Assembly (NCBI GenBank): GCA_003452965.1
Contig: DMMW01000035.1
Coordinates: forward strand, 534 to 58,047
DNA: 57,514 nt
From: Elusimicrobiota bacterium
Lineage (GTDB): Bacteria > Elusimicrobiota > UBA8919
Reading direction: 5' to 3'
Part shown: piece by piece, positions 35,949-43,419 of the stretch
How the letters are laid out: the number at the start of each line of letters is the position of its first letter
How positions within the stretch are numbered: the stretch's first letter is position 1
Notes under the pieces: generated by a model
The model's database searches: none
The model's input: only the letters and a program-made list of their open reading frames with translations
Told to the model about the DNA's origin: nothing
Made by a program: the position numbers and the translations under genes

Positions 35949-37070
35949 ATGGCAATAAAAATATCTATTAATGGTAAGAGTGAAAAGTTCAAAAATAGAT
36001 TAACAGTTGAAAATTTACTCAAAATTAAAAAGATTAGAAAAGAAGTTGTGACTGTAGAATTAAACAATAAAATAATTTCAAGAGAAAAATATTCTATCGC
36101 AGTTTTAAAAGACGGTGATTTGCTTGAATTTATTTATTATATGGGTGGTGGTGCTTGCAAGAGTATACTTAGTTTAATAGGGAACACGCCTCTCGTAAAG
36201 TTGAATAATATTGTTTCGGAAGATTCTGCCGAGATATTTGCAAAAGTAGAATATTTCAATCCCGGCGGTTCCATAAAAGATAGAATATGTTTGGCTATCA
36301 TTGAAGATGCTGAGAAAAAAGGTAATTTAAAGATAGGCGGAACAATAATTGAGCCAACCAGTGGGAATACCGGAATTGGTTTAGCGATGATTGCTGCTAT
36401 TAAAAAATATAGATGTATTCTTGTAATGCCTGAATCAATGTCATTGGAAAGAATATATATACTGAAATCTTTTGGTGCTGAAGTAATTTTAACATCAGCT
36501 AACAAAGGGATGACAGGTGCAATTAAAAAAGCTGAGGAACTTAATAAAAAAATACCGAATAGTTTTATTCCGCAACAGTTTGATAATCCCGCGAATCCGG
36601 AGATACATAGAAAAACAACCGCAGTAGAGATTTTGTCTCAAACCGAAGGAAAAATAGATGCGTTTGTTGCCGGGGTTGGAACTGGAGGAACGATAACGGG
36701 TGTAGGTGAGGTTTTAAAAGGAAAAAATCCAAATATAAAAATTATTGCAGTTGAGCCTGAAACATCTGCGGTATTATCAGGTCAAAAACCCGGTCCTCAT
36801 AAAATTCAGGGTATAGGTGCCGGATTTATCCCTAAAATACTAAATAGAAAAATATTAGATGAAATAATAACGGTGAGTGACGATAATGCATTCAATACTG
36901 CAAAACTCATGGCAACAAAGGAAGGGCTTTTTGTAGGAATTTCTTCTGGGGCTGCTGTACATGCATCATTATTAGTTGCCAAGAATTTAGGAAAGGGCAA
37001 AAGAGTAGTTACAATACTACCGGATACCGGTGAAAGATATTTCAGTGTTGAACAATATTTTAAAGGATAA
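35949..37070 (+). CDS. ThiS-like ubiquitin-fold sulfur carrier (aa 1-68, ending ...YYMGGG) fused in frame to a cysteine synthase (CysK/CysM, aa 69-373)
   Basis: Strong AGGAGG SD. The N-terminal 68 aa align by eye to B. subtilis-type ThiS, including the terminal GGG. Codons ATG GGT GGT GGT GCT TGC at 36141-36158 continue without a stop into ...[11 protein letters not shown]..., then SIKDR (PLP Lys), TSGNTG and GVGTGGT. Confidence 0.85.
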   Translation: MAIKISINGKSEKFKNRLTVENLLKIKKIRKEVVTVELNNKIISREKYSIAVLKDGDLLEFIYYMGGGACKSILSLIGNTPLVKLNNIVSEDSAEIFAKVEYFNPGGSIKDRICLAIIEDAEKKGNLKIGGTIIEPTSGNTGIGLAMIAAIKKYRCILVMPESMSLERIYILKSFGAEVILTSANKGMTGAIKKAEELNKKIPNSFIPQQFDNPANPEIHRKTTAVEILSQTEGKIDAFVAGVGTGGTITGVGEVLKGKNPNIKIIAVEPETSAVLSGQKPGPHKIQGIGAGFIPKILNRKILDEIITVSDDNAFNTAKLMATKEGLFVGISSGAAVHASLLVAKNLGKGKRVVTILPDTGERYFSVEQYFKG

Positions 37071-37073
37071 TGT

Positions 37074-37310
37074 ATGGAAAAACAAATTAAAATAGCAAAA
37101 AAATTGGATTTAACAGGTGTTATATGTCCCACTAATTTTGTAAAAACAAAACTTGCTCTGGAAGATTTGAAAAAGGGGCAGATATTGGAGATAATACTTG
37201 ATGATGGTGAACCAATAAGGAATGTGCCGAGAAGTATTAAAGAAGATGGACATAAAATAATAAAAGTTGAAAATATCAAAAACAAATTTAAAATTTTAAT
37301 TAAAAAATGA
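37074..37310 (+). CDS. TusA/SirA-family sulfurtransferase
   Basis: 78 aa. LDLTGVICPTNFVKTKLAL carries the conserved Cys-Pro active-site context. Confidence 0.7.
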   Translation: MEKQIKIAKKLDLTGVICPTNFVKTKLALEDLKKGQILEIILDDGEPIRNVPRSIKEDGHKIIKVENIKNKFKILIKK

Positions 37311-37320
37311 GGTGAATAAT

Positions 37321-38541
37321 ATGTCATTTGCAAAATCATTAAAATGTCGCGAATGCGGTAGGATTTACGAAAAAAAACCTATATATGTTTGTGAATATTG
37401 TTTCGGCCCTTTAGAAGTTGTATATGATTATAAAAAGATTAAGAAAGTGTTAACAAAAGAAAGGATTATAGCCCGTAAAGAAAATCTTTGGAGATACAAA
37501 GAACTTTTACCTGTTGACCATGAACCAACAGTTGGTCTGAACAGTGGTTTTACACCGTTATTTGAGGCAAAAAATTTATCAAAAAAACTTAATTGTAAAA
37601 AAATATTTATTAAAGATGATTCAGTGAATCATCCTACACTTTCATTTAAAGACAGAGTAGTTGCTGTTGCACTCTCAAAAGCCAAAGAATTTGGTTTTAA
37701 AACCGTTGCTTGTGCTTCAACCGGAAACCTTGCCAATTCAGTGAGTAGTCATTCTAAAAGTGCAGGATTCAATTGTTATGTTTTTATTCCTGCAGATCTT
37801 GAAAAAAGCAAGATAATATCTTCTTTAATTTATGGAGTTAATCTTGTGGCAATAGAAGGTAATTACGATGATGTTAATAGATTATGCGGTGAAATTGCGT
37901 CAAAATATAAGTGGGCGTTTGTAAATATAAATTTAAGGCCATATTATGCTGAAGGTTCAAAAACATATGGATTTGAAATTATAGAACAACTTGGCTGGAG
38001 AGCGCCTCAAAATATAATAATACCCGCTGCATCCGGTTCACTTCTTACAAAAGTTTATAAAGGAATAAAAGAATTTGAGCAAATTGGGTTAATAAAAAAA
38101 TCTAACACAAAATTTCATATTGCACAAGCGAGTGGTTGTTCACCAATTGTCACTGCATTTAAAAAGAAATCTGAAATTATAAAACCTATTAAACCAAATA
38201 CAATTGCAAAATCATTAGCGATAGGTAATCCGGCAGATGGTTTCTATGCGATTGATATAATCAGAAAAACTAACGGTTATGGAGAGGTTGCTACAAATGA
38301 TGAAATCGTTGAAGGAATAAAGTTATTAGCCGAGACCGAAGGTATTTTTACAGAAACAGCCGGTGGTGTTGTGGTGGCAGTTTGTAAAAAACTTGTTGAA
38401 CAGAGAAAAATAAAAAGGAACGAAGAAATCGTTATCTCCATAACAGGTAATGGTCTAAAAACGCAAGAAGCTGTTGAAGGTAAAACAAGTAAATTAATAA
38501 AAATAAAGCCCAATATTCAATCATTTGAAAAAATTTTATAG
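37321..38541 (+). CDS. threonine-synthase-like PLP enzyme with N-terminal zinc ribbon (candidate carrier-dependent homocysteine/thio-amino-acid synthase)
   Basis: Zinc ribbon CRECG...CEYC, PLP Lys in HPTLSFKDR, and SGNLA-like STGNLA. The track start GTG 37312 is replaced by ATG 37321, which has GAGGTG upstream. Confidence 0.8.
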   Translation: MSFAKSLKCRECGRIYEKKPIYVCEYCFGPLEVVYDYKKIKKVLTKERIIARKENLWRYKELLPVDHEPTVGLNSGFTPLFEAKNLSKKLNCKKIFIKDDSVNHPTLSFKDRVVAVALSKAKEFGFKTVACASTGNLANSVSSHSKSAGFNCYVFIPADLEKSKIISSLIYGVNLVAIEGNYDDVNRLCGEIASKYKWAFVNINLRPYYAEGSKTYGFEIIEQLGWRAPQNIIIPAASGSLLTKVYKGIKEFEQIGLIKKSNTKFHIAQASGCSPIVTAFKKKSEIIKPIKPNTIAKSLAIGNPADGFYAIDIIRKTNGYGEVATNDEIVEGIKLLAETEGIFTETAGGVVVAVCKKLVEQRKIKRNEEIVISITGNGLKTQEAVEGKTSKLIKIKPNIQSFEKIL

Positions 38542-38554
38542 GAGGAAAAATCAA

Positions 38555-38830
38555 ATGGCTATAAAAGTGAGAATACCAACTCCATTGCAAAAATTGACGG
38601 ATAAAAAAGCAGAAGTAAAATGTTCGGGAAAAACGGTTATTGAATTGATTGCTATTCTGGACAAAAAATATCCCGGTATCAAAGAACGGCTTTGTGATGA
38701 AAAAGGAAATATAAGACGGTTTATCAATATTTTTGTAAATGAACAAGATATAAGATTTTTGAAGGGTAAGAATTCTAAACTCAAAGATGGAGATGATGTA
38801 TCAATAATTCCCGCAATAGCAGGAGGGTAA
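38555..38830 (+). CDS. CysO/MoaD-family sulfur carrier protein ending in free Gly-Gly
   Basis: 91 aa after a GGAGG SD. VRIPTPL...YPGIKERL...RRFINIFVNEQDIRF...DGDDVSIIPAIAGG-stop closely parallels M. tuberculosis CysO. Confidence 0.85.
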   Translation: MAIKVRIPTPLQKLTDKKAEVKCSGKTVIELIAILDKKYPGIKERLCDEKGNIRRFINIFVNEQDIRFLKGKNSKLKDGDDVSIIPAIAGG

Positions 38831-38836
38831 AGGGCT

Positions 38837-39652
38837 ATGTTTAAATTAACTGATGAACAAATTGAAAGATATTCAAGGCAGATAATCCTTCCCGAAATTG
38901 GTGGTAAAGGGCAAGAAAAACTGCTTAAAGCAAAAGTACTTATAATCGGATGTGGTGGACTCGGTTCGCCGTGTGCTTTTTATCTTGTTGCAGCCGGTAT
39001 TGGTAAAATTGGGCTTATAGATAGTGATAATGTTGAATTAAATAATCTACAGAGACAAATATTGCATTCTACAAGGACCGTTGGTATTCCAAAAGTTGAA
39101 TCAGCAAAAGACATACTTTCAAACATTAATCCTAATATTGATATAGTTGTTCATAAATTACGGCTTACTTCAGAAAACATTTTAAGTATTATTAGAAACT
39201 ATGATGTGATAATAGATGGAAGTGATAATTTCCCTACACGGTATCTTGTAAATGATGCTTGTGTTTTGTTAAAAAAACCACTAATTCACGCAGGTATTTT
39301 AAGATTTGACGGTCAGGCGACAACGATTATTCCATATAAAAGTCCTTGTTATAGATGTTTATTTCCAGCACCACCGCCACCGGGGACGGTACCTTCATGT
39401 CAGGAGGCAGGTATATTAGGTGTCGTTGCAGGAACTCTCGGACTTATTCAAGCAACTGAAGCATTGAAATATATTTTATCAGTAGGTGAATTACTAATAG
39501 GAAAATTGCTTATTTTCAATGCTTTGGAAATGAGTTTTAGAACATTAAAAATACAAAGAGATAAAAAATGTCCGATTTGTGGAAACAAACCTACAATAAA
39601 AAAACTTATTGACTATGAAGAATTTTGCCAACTAAGAAAGAATAAAACATAA
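38837..39652 (+). CDS. ThiF/MoeB/HesA-family E1-like adenylyltransferase (no rhodanese domain)
   Basis: RYSRQI, the GCGGLG nucleotide loop and two CxxC pairs (CYRC, CPIC). 271 aa. Confidence 0.85.
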   Translation: MFKLTDEQIERYSRQIILPEIGGKGQEKLLKAKVLIIGCGGLGSPCAFYLVAAGIGKIGLIDSDNVELNNLQRQILHSTRTVGIPKVESAKDILSNINPNIDIVVHKLRLTSENILSIIRNYDVIIDGSDNFPTRYLVNDACVLLKKPLIHAGILRFDGQATTIIPYKSPCYRCLFPAPPPPGTVPSCQEAGILGVVAGTLGLIQATEALKYILSVGELLIGKLLIFNALEMSFRTLKIQRDKKCPICGNKPTIKKLIDYEEFCQLRKNKT

Positions 39653-39670
39653 ATCGTCTGATAAAATTTG

Positions 39671-39699
39671 TTGACAATATAATATTTATTTATTAGTAT
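39671..39699 (+). promoter_or_regulatory. sigma70-like promoter (TTGACA-N17-TAGTAT) upstream of the TPP riboswitch
   Basis: TTGACA at 39671-39676 and TAGTAT at 39694-39699. Confidence 0.5.
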
Positions 39700-39727
39700 T
39701 AAAAAACCAATAATATTTCTTAAAAAC

Positions 39728-39838
39728 AAGGGAGGTTGTATTCGGTCTGAGAGTTCCGTAAAGTAATCGGAAGACCTTGCTCTACCTTGAAGTAACGGTG
39801 GACGTAACCTGATATGGATAATGCCAGCGGAGGGATGT
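39728..39838 (+). promoter_or_regulatory. TPP (THI-box) riboswitch
   Basis: CUGAGA at 39747-39752 lies inside a GGUC...GACC helix with a UUCCG/CGGAA P3 hairpin. The near-invariant ACCUGAUAUGGAUAAUGCCAGCG at 39807-39829 is followed by GAGGGA. Confidence 0.85.
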
Positions 39839-39876
39839 GATAACTTGTTTGATGTATGATTCATCTTACAATTTTC

Positions 39877-39903
39877 TGTAGTTGCTCAGCTTGCTGATCG
39901 CTG
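39877..39903 (+). repeat. family A repeat (TGTAGTTGC + hairpin), copy between riboswitch and receptor gene
   Basis: tgtagttgctcagcttgctgatcgctg. Confidence 0.55.
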
Positions 39904-39936
39904 TTTCTGTTCTACTTAACATTAGGAGGATATAAA

Positions 39937-41604
39937 ATGATTATTCTATTAATAATATTACTTTTTGTGCCGGTCTCTTTTGCTGAGGAAATACCAACCA
40001 TATCAATTTCAATAGAAAAAGAAATGATTTCTAATAATAATGTAGTTATTAAACCTGATAAAGTTTCCAATTCATTAAATCAATCACTATTAAACAACAA
40101 TATTGATATACAAAGAAATACGGTGCATCCGAATATTTCTCTGAAAGGCTCCACTTTTCAACAATCATCTATCTATATAGATGGTGTTAAAATAGATGAT
40201 CCGCAGACAGCACACCACAATATGAATATACCGGTAACAATTAATGATATAGAAAGAATAGAAATTTTAAATAACAAGGGCTTATCAGGTGCATTGAATA
40301 TTATTACAAAAAAACCTGATGATGCAATAATTGCAGAAATTTCAGTAGGTGATTATGCTAATAAAAACGGAAAGGTCACAGCATCACGCAAATGGAAAAA
40401 TATAGCTAATAGGCTATCGATAGAAAAAAATATTTCAGAAGGTTACTCATTCGATACTGATTTTGATATAACAAATATTTTTAATCAATTTGAATGGTCT
40501 TTAAATAATTTGGCAACAGGTCTTTCTTTCGGTTATTTAAAAAAGGACTTTGGAGCAAAAGGTTTTTATGCTAATTTCCCTTCCTATGAATGGACTGAAA
40601 CATATTTTTCAAAAGTTTATTTAAATTATATGTATCACAGTTTTAATATTAAACCGGAATTTCAATGGAGAGGAAATAAGGATGAATTCGAATTGGATAT
40701 AACAAAACCGGGTTGGTCTTTCAACGAACATAGAACAGATGTTTATACTTCCCAATTAGAAATTTCTAAGAATAATTATACAGGTGGTACAAGTATTTCT
40801 AAAGAAAAAATAGATAGTTCAAACCTCGGTAATCATTCAAGAGATATTTATGGGTTATGGAGTAATTATAAACATATATTCTCAGGGAAAATTAATACAA
40901 CTGCAGGATTACAACTTGATAAATATTCTAATTATTCAGTTCTATCACCCTCAATATATGCCGAATATTACCAATTAGAAAAAATAAAAATTCATTCTAT
41001 TTACAGAAAATCTGTGAGGCAACCATCATTTACTGAGCTTTATTATAACGACAAAGCGAATGTTGGGAATCCTAATTTGGATTTTGAAAAAGCAACTTTG
41101 TATGAAATGGGTATTAATTATAATTATTTTATATTAAATCTTTTTGTGCGTGATGAAAAAGATATTATTGATTGGATAAAACAAAATCAAGCAGATGCGC
41201 AATGGTTAGCAACAAATATCGGTAAGGCAAAATTTTATGGATATGAAATAGGCTCTACAAAGGATTTTAATAAGATATCAATATCTTTAAAATATCAATT
41301 TACTAATTCCTCAAAGGATGCAGATTTTATATCAAAGTATGCTTTGCGTTATACAAATCACATATTAACTTCAGCGGTTTCATATTCATTGCCTTTAAAT
41401 ATTAAACATCAGGTATCCGGGCTTTATAAGAAGAGAATATCCGGCGAAGAATATTTTGTATTAGACACTAAATTTACTAAAGATTTTTCAATAGGTGAGT
41501 ATTTTGTAAAAATAGATAATATACTGAATAGAGAATACTTTGAAATACCATTTGTTGAAATGCCTCCAAGAATCATTTATGCAGGTCTGAATTTTCACAT
41601 ATAA
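39937..41604 (+). CDS. small TonB-dependent receptor (candidate thiamine/precursor uptake)
   Basis: AGGAGG SD and a signal peptide. The plug motif is ISLKGSTFQQSSIYIDGVKIDDP and the C-terminal region has a beta-barrel pattern. It lies directly downstream of the TPP riboswitch. Confidence 0.75.
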   Translation: MIILLIILLFVPVSFAEEIPTISISIEKEMISNNNVVIKPDKVSNSLNQSLLNNNIDIQRNTVHPNISLKGSTFQQSSIYIDGVKIDDPQTAHHNMNIPVTINDIERIEILNNKGLSGALNIITKKPDDAIIAEISVGDYANKNGKVTASRKWKNIANRLSIEKNISEGYSFDTDFDITNIFNQFEWSLNNLATGLSFGYLKKDFGAKGFYANFPSYEWTETYFSKVYLNYMYHSFNIKPEFQWRGNKDEFELDITKPGWSFNEHRTDVYTSQLEISKNNYTGGTSISKEKIDSSNLGNHSRDIYGLWSNYKHIFSGKINTTAGLQLDKYSNYSVLSPSIYAEYYQLEKIKIHSIYRKSVRQPSFTELYYNDKANVGNPNLDFEKATLYEMGINYNYFILNLFVRDEKDIIDWIKQNQADAQWLATNIGKAKFYGYEIGSTKDFNKISISLKYQFTNSSKDADFISKYALRYTNHILTSAVSYSLPLNIKHQVSGLYKKRISGEEYFVLDTKFTKDFSIGEYFVKIDNILNREYFEIPFVEMPPRIIYAGLNFHI

Positions 41605-41655
41605 ACAATTAAGAAAATTTAAAAAGTTTGAAAACATGAAGATTATAAATATTTT

Positions 41656-41680
41656 TGTAGTTGCTCATCTTGCTTGCCCG
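41656..41680 (+). repeat. family A repeat, partial copy
   Basis: tgtagttgctcatcttgcttgcccg. It pairs with gcaactaca at 41732-41740 to close a ~85-nt stem-loop. Confidence 0.5.
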
Positions 41681-41764
41681 CCAGTGTCACAATGGAGGAA
41701 TGAGCGTCTTTGACATTGCCGAGTAAACTCGGCAACTACAAAAAATCAATATTTTTTATTGTTG

Positions 41765-41789
41765 TTGTAGTTGCTCAACTTGTTGAGCG
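41765..41789 (+). repeat. family A repeat, full 25-mer (ttgtagttgctcaacttgttgagcg)
   Basis: An exact reverse-complement copy lies at 52374-52398. It contains the hairpin gctcaac/gttgagc. Confidence 0.8.
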
Positions 41790-41979
41790 ACTCTTTTGTC
41801 ATATTTATATTGCTAAACGCCCTTCATCCTGCATCCAGTCCCACAAAAAGTCGGGACGGGCAGGATTTGCTCATAGAATCTTATGGTAAACGTTATAATC
41901 CCGATTGTTATCGGGATGGAGATTCATTAACACCGCCGAACTTGCTCGGTTATTTTAAGCATATTGTTAATTTATTTCA

Positions 41980-42537
41980 ATGGAAGACAAAGACATTATA
42001 TTAAAAATAAAATCCGGTGATAAATCTGCTTTTAATGAGATATTAGATAAATATGAAAAACCGCTTATAAATTACTTGTATAAATTCTTAAATTCACAAC
42101 AAGATGCCGAAGATATTGCACAATTAACATTTATAAAGATATATAATTTAATAGAAAAATTTAAGCCAACCGATAATTTTTCTTCGTATTTATACAAAGT
42201 AGCAACAAATTTGGCATTAAATTTACAAAGAAGAAAAAAAATAATAAAAATATTTTCATTGGACTGGACACAGCATACCGAAAAAGATGATATTCCAAAT
42301 CAACATCCTGACTTAAAACAAAAGGATTCACAACAGATACTTGAAGAAAAAGAAACCGTAAAAAAAGTAAAAAAAGCAATTTCCGAATTACCACCTTTAC
42401 AAAAATCAGCATTAATTTTATCATTTTATGAGAACAAGTCGTATCAAGAAATTTCAAAAATTCTAAAAAAAAGTATTTCTTCCATAGAATCACTCATATT
42501 CCGAGCAAAATCAAACCTTTCAAAGAAATTAAGATAA
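41980..42537 (+). CDS. ECF-subfamily sigma-70 factor
   Basis: 185 aa. Region 2 is DAEDIAQLTFIKIY and region 4 is the HTH YQEISKILKKSISSIESLIFRAK. Confidence 0.85.
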   Translation: MEDKDIILKIKSGDKSAFNEILDKYEKPLINYLYKFLNSQQDAEDIAQLTFIKIYNLIEKFKPTDNFSSYLYKVATNLALNLQRRKKIIKIFSLDWTQHTEKDDIPNQHPDLKQKDSQQILEEKETVKKVKKAISELPPLQKSALILSFYENKSYQEISKILKKSISSIESLIFRAKSNLSKKLR

Positions 42538-42540
42538 AAG

Positions 42541-42683
42541 GGGTCACACCTATTTTTTTTCTTTCAAGTCGTGTCAAGCACGGGATGACGGAATACAATA
42601 CTTAATTCAGTAAAAATCCTGAGTAATTTCCAATGTTCGCCTATGTTCCAAGAATTTTTGCAATAATTAAATAGGTGTGACCC
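42541..42683. repeat. MITE-like element / long hairpin with perfect 15-bp terminal inverted repeats (family B)
   Basis: gggtcacacctattt at 42541-42555 and aaataggtgtgaccc at 42669-42683. The interior shares cgtgtcaagc and atgacgg..atacaat with 53914-54015. Confidence 0.65.
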
Positions 42684-42840
42684 TATTTATTTAATTTTTT
42701 ACCGCAAGTTTTTTTGATTTCAAGTGTTTATAATAGTAGAAGTATGGAGTAAAATAAATATGACCGCTTACGCGTTGATTCGCCATTCGCCAACTGGTGA
42801 AGGCGGACAAGAAATCGTTGGTGGGGAAGGAGGATATGAA

Positions 42841-43419
42841 ATGAGATTATTTTTAGTTTTTGTTTTTACGTTGATTTTAGGACTTAATATGGTTTATGGC
42901 GGTGGCAAAGGGGGACATGAACATCACACAATGAAAGAGGAAAAACAGACAGATACAAAAGTTGGTATTTGTCCGGTTATGGGTGGTGCAGCATCTACAG
43001 AATATTCTTATAATTATAAAGATAAAACATATTATTTTTGTTGTCCTGATTGCATAGAGAAATTTAGTAGTGAGCCTGAGAAATATATATCCAAAATTAA
43101 AGAAATTAAGTTAATGGCATATAAATATGGATTTAAACCCGACCCCATAGTTGTTAAAAAAGATGATATAGTAAGATTCACAATTACTTCAAAGGATGTT
43201 ACCCATGGTGTTTATATAAAGGAATATGGAATTAAAATACGGATTAAAAAGAGTGAGACCAAAAAAGTAGAGTTTATTGCAGATAAAGTTGGAAAATTTG
43301 ATATATCGTGTTCTGTATACTGCGGTTCAGGGCATTCCAAAATGAAAGGAAAATTTATTGTAGAAGAAATAAAAGAAAAAGAAGAAATGGAAGAACACGA
43401 AGAACATGAAAATGAATAA
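42841..43419 (+). CDS. secreted YHS (TRASH) domain + CuA-type cupredoxin domain protein
   Basis: AAGGAGG SD before ATG 42841, so the track's upstream extension is rejected. The YHS domain is CPVMGG...YYFCCPDCIEKF. The cupredoxin carries a full CuA-like ligand spacing, H-x34-C-x3-C-x3-H-x2-M (THG...CSVYCGSGHSKM). His/Glu-rich tail. Confidence 0.7.
   Translation: MRLFLVFVFTLILGLNMVYGGGKGGHEHHTMKEEKQTDTKVGICPVMGGAASTEYSYNYKDKTYYFCCPDCIEKFSSEPEKYISKIKEIKLMAYKYGFKPDPIVVKKDDIVRFTITSKDVTHGVYIKEYGIKIRIKKSETKKVEFIADKVGKFDISCSVYCGSGHSKMKGKFIVEEIKEKEEMEEHEEHENE

Noticed and set aside
28487-39652. JAMM + E1 + ubiquitin-like proteins as a Bil/CBASS-type ubiquitin-like conjugation antiphage system.
   Set aside because: There is no E2-like or effector gene. 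The carriers are ThiS- and CysO-type, and all neighbours are sulfur-assimilation, siroheme and Cys/Met enzymes. A metabolic sulfur-carrier role fits far better.
39613-39864. 83-aa minus-strand ORF.
   Set aside because: It lies antisense across the promoter and the TPP riboswitch, has no SD, and its composition is driven by the riboswitch sequence.
41771-42004. 77-aa plus-strand ORF upstream of the ECF sigma gene.
   Set aside because: It starts with TTG inside the family A repeat and hairpin region, has no SD, and overlaps the sigma gene start. It is most likely non-coding GC-rich island sequence.
42724-42840. 39-aa N-terminal extension of the YHS-cupredoxin ORF (GTG start, ...HSPTGEGGQEIVGGEGGYE).
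   Set aside because: The extension reads through GC-rich intergenic sequence. A strong AAGGAGG SD and a signal peptide begin at ATG 42841.
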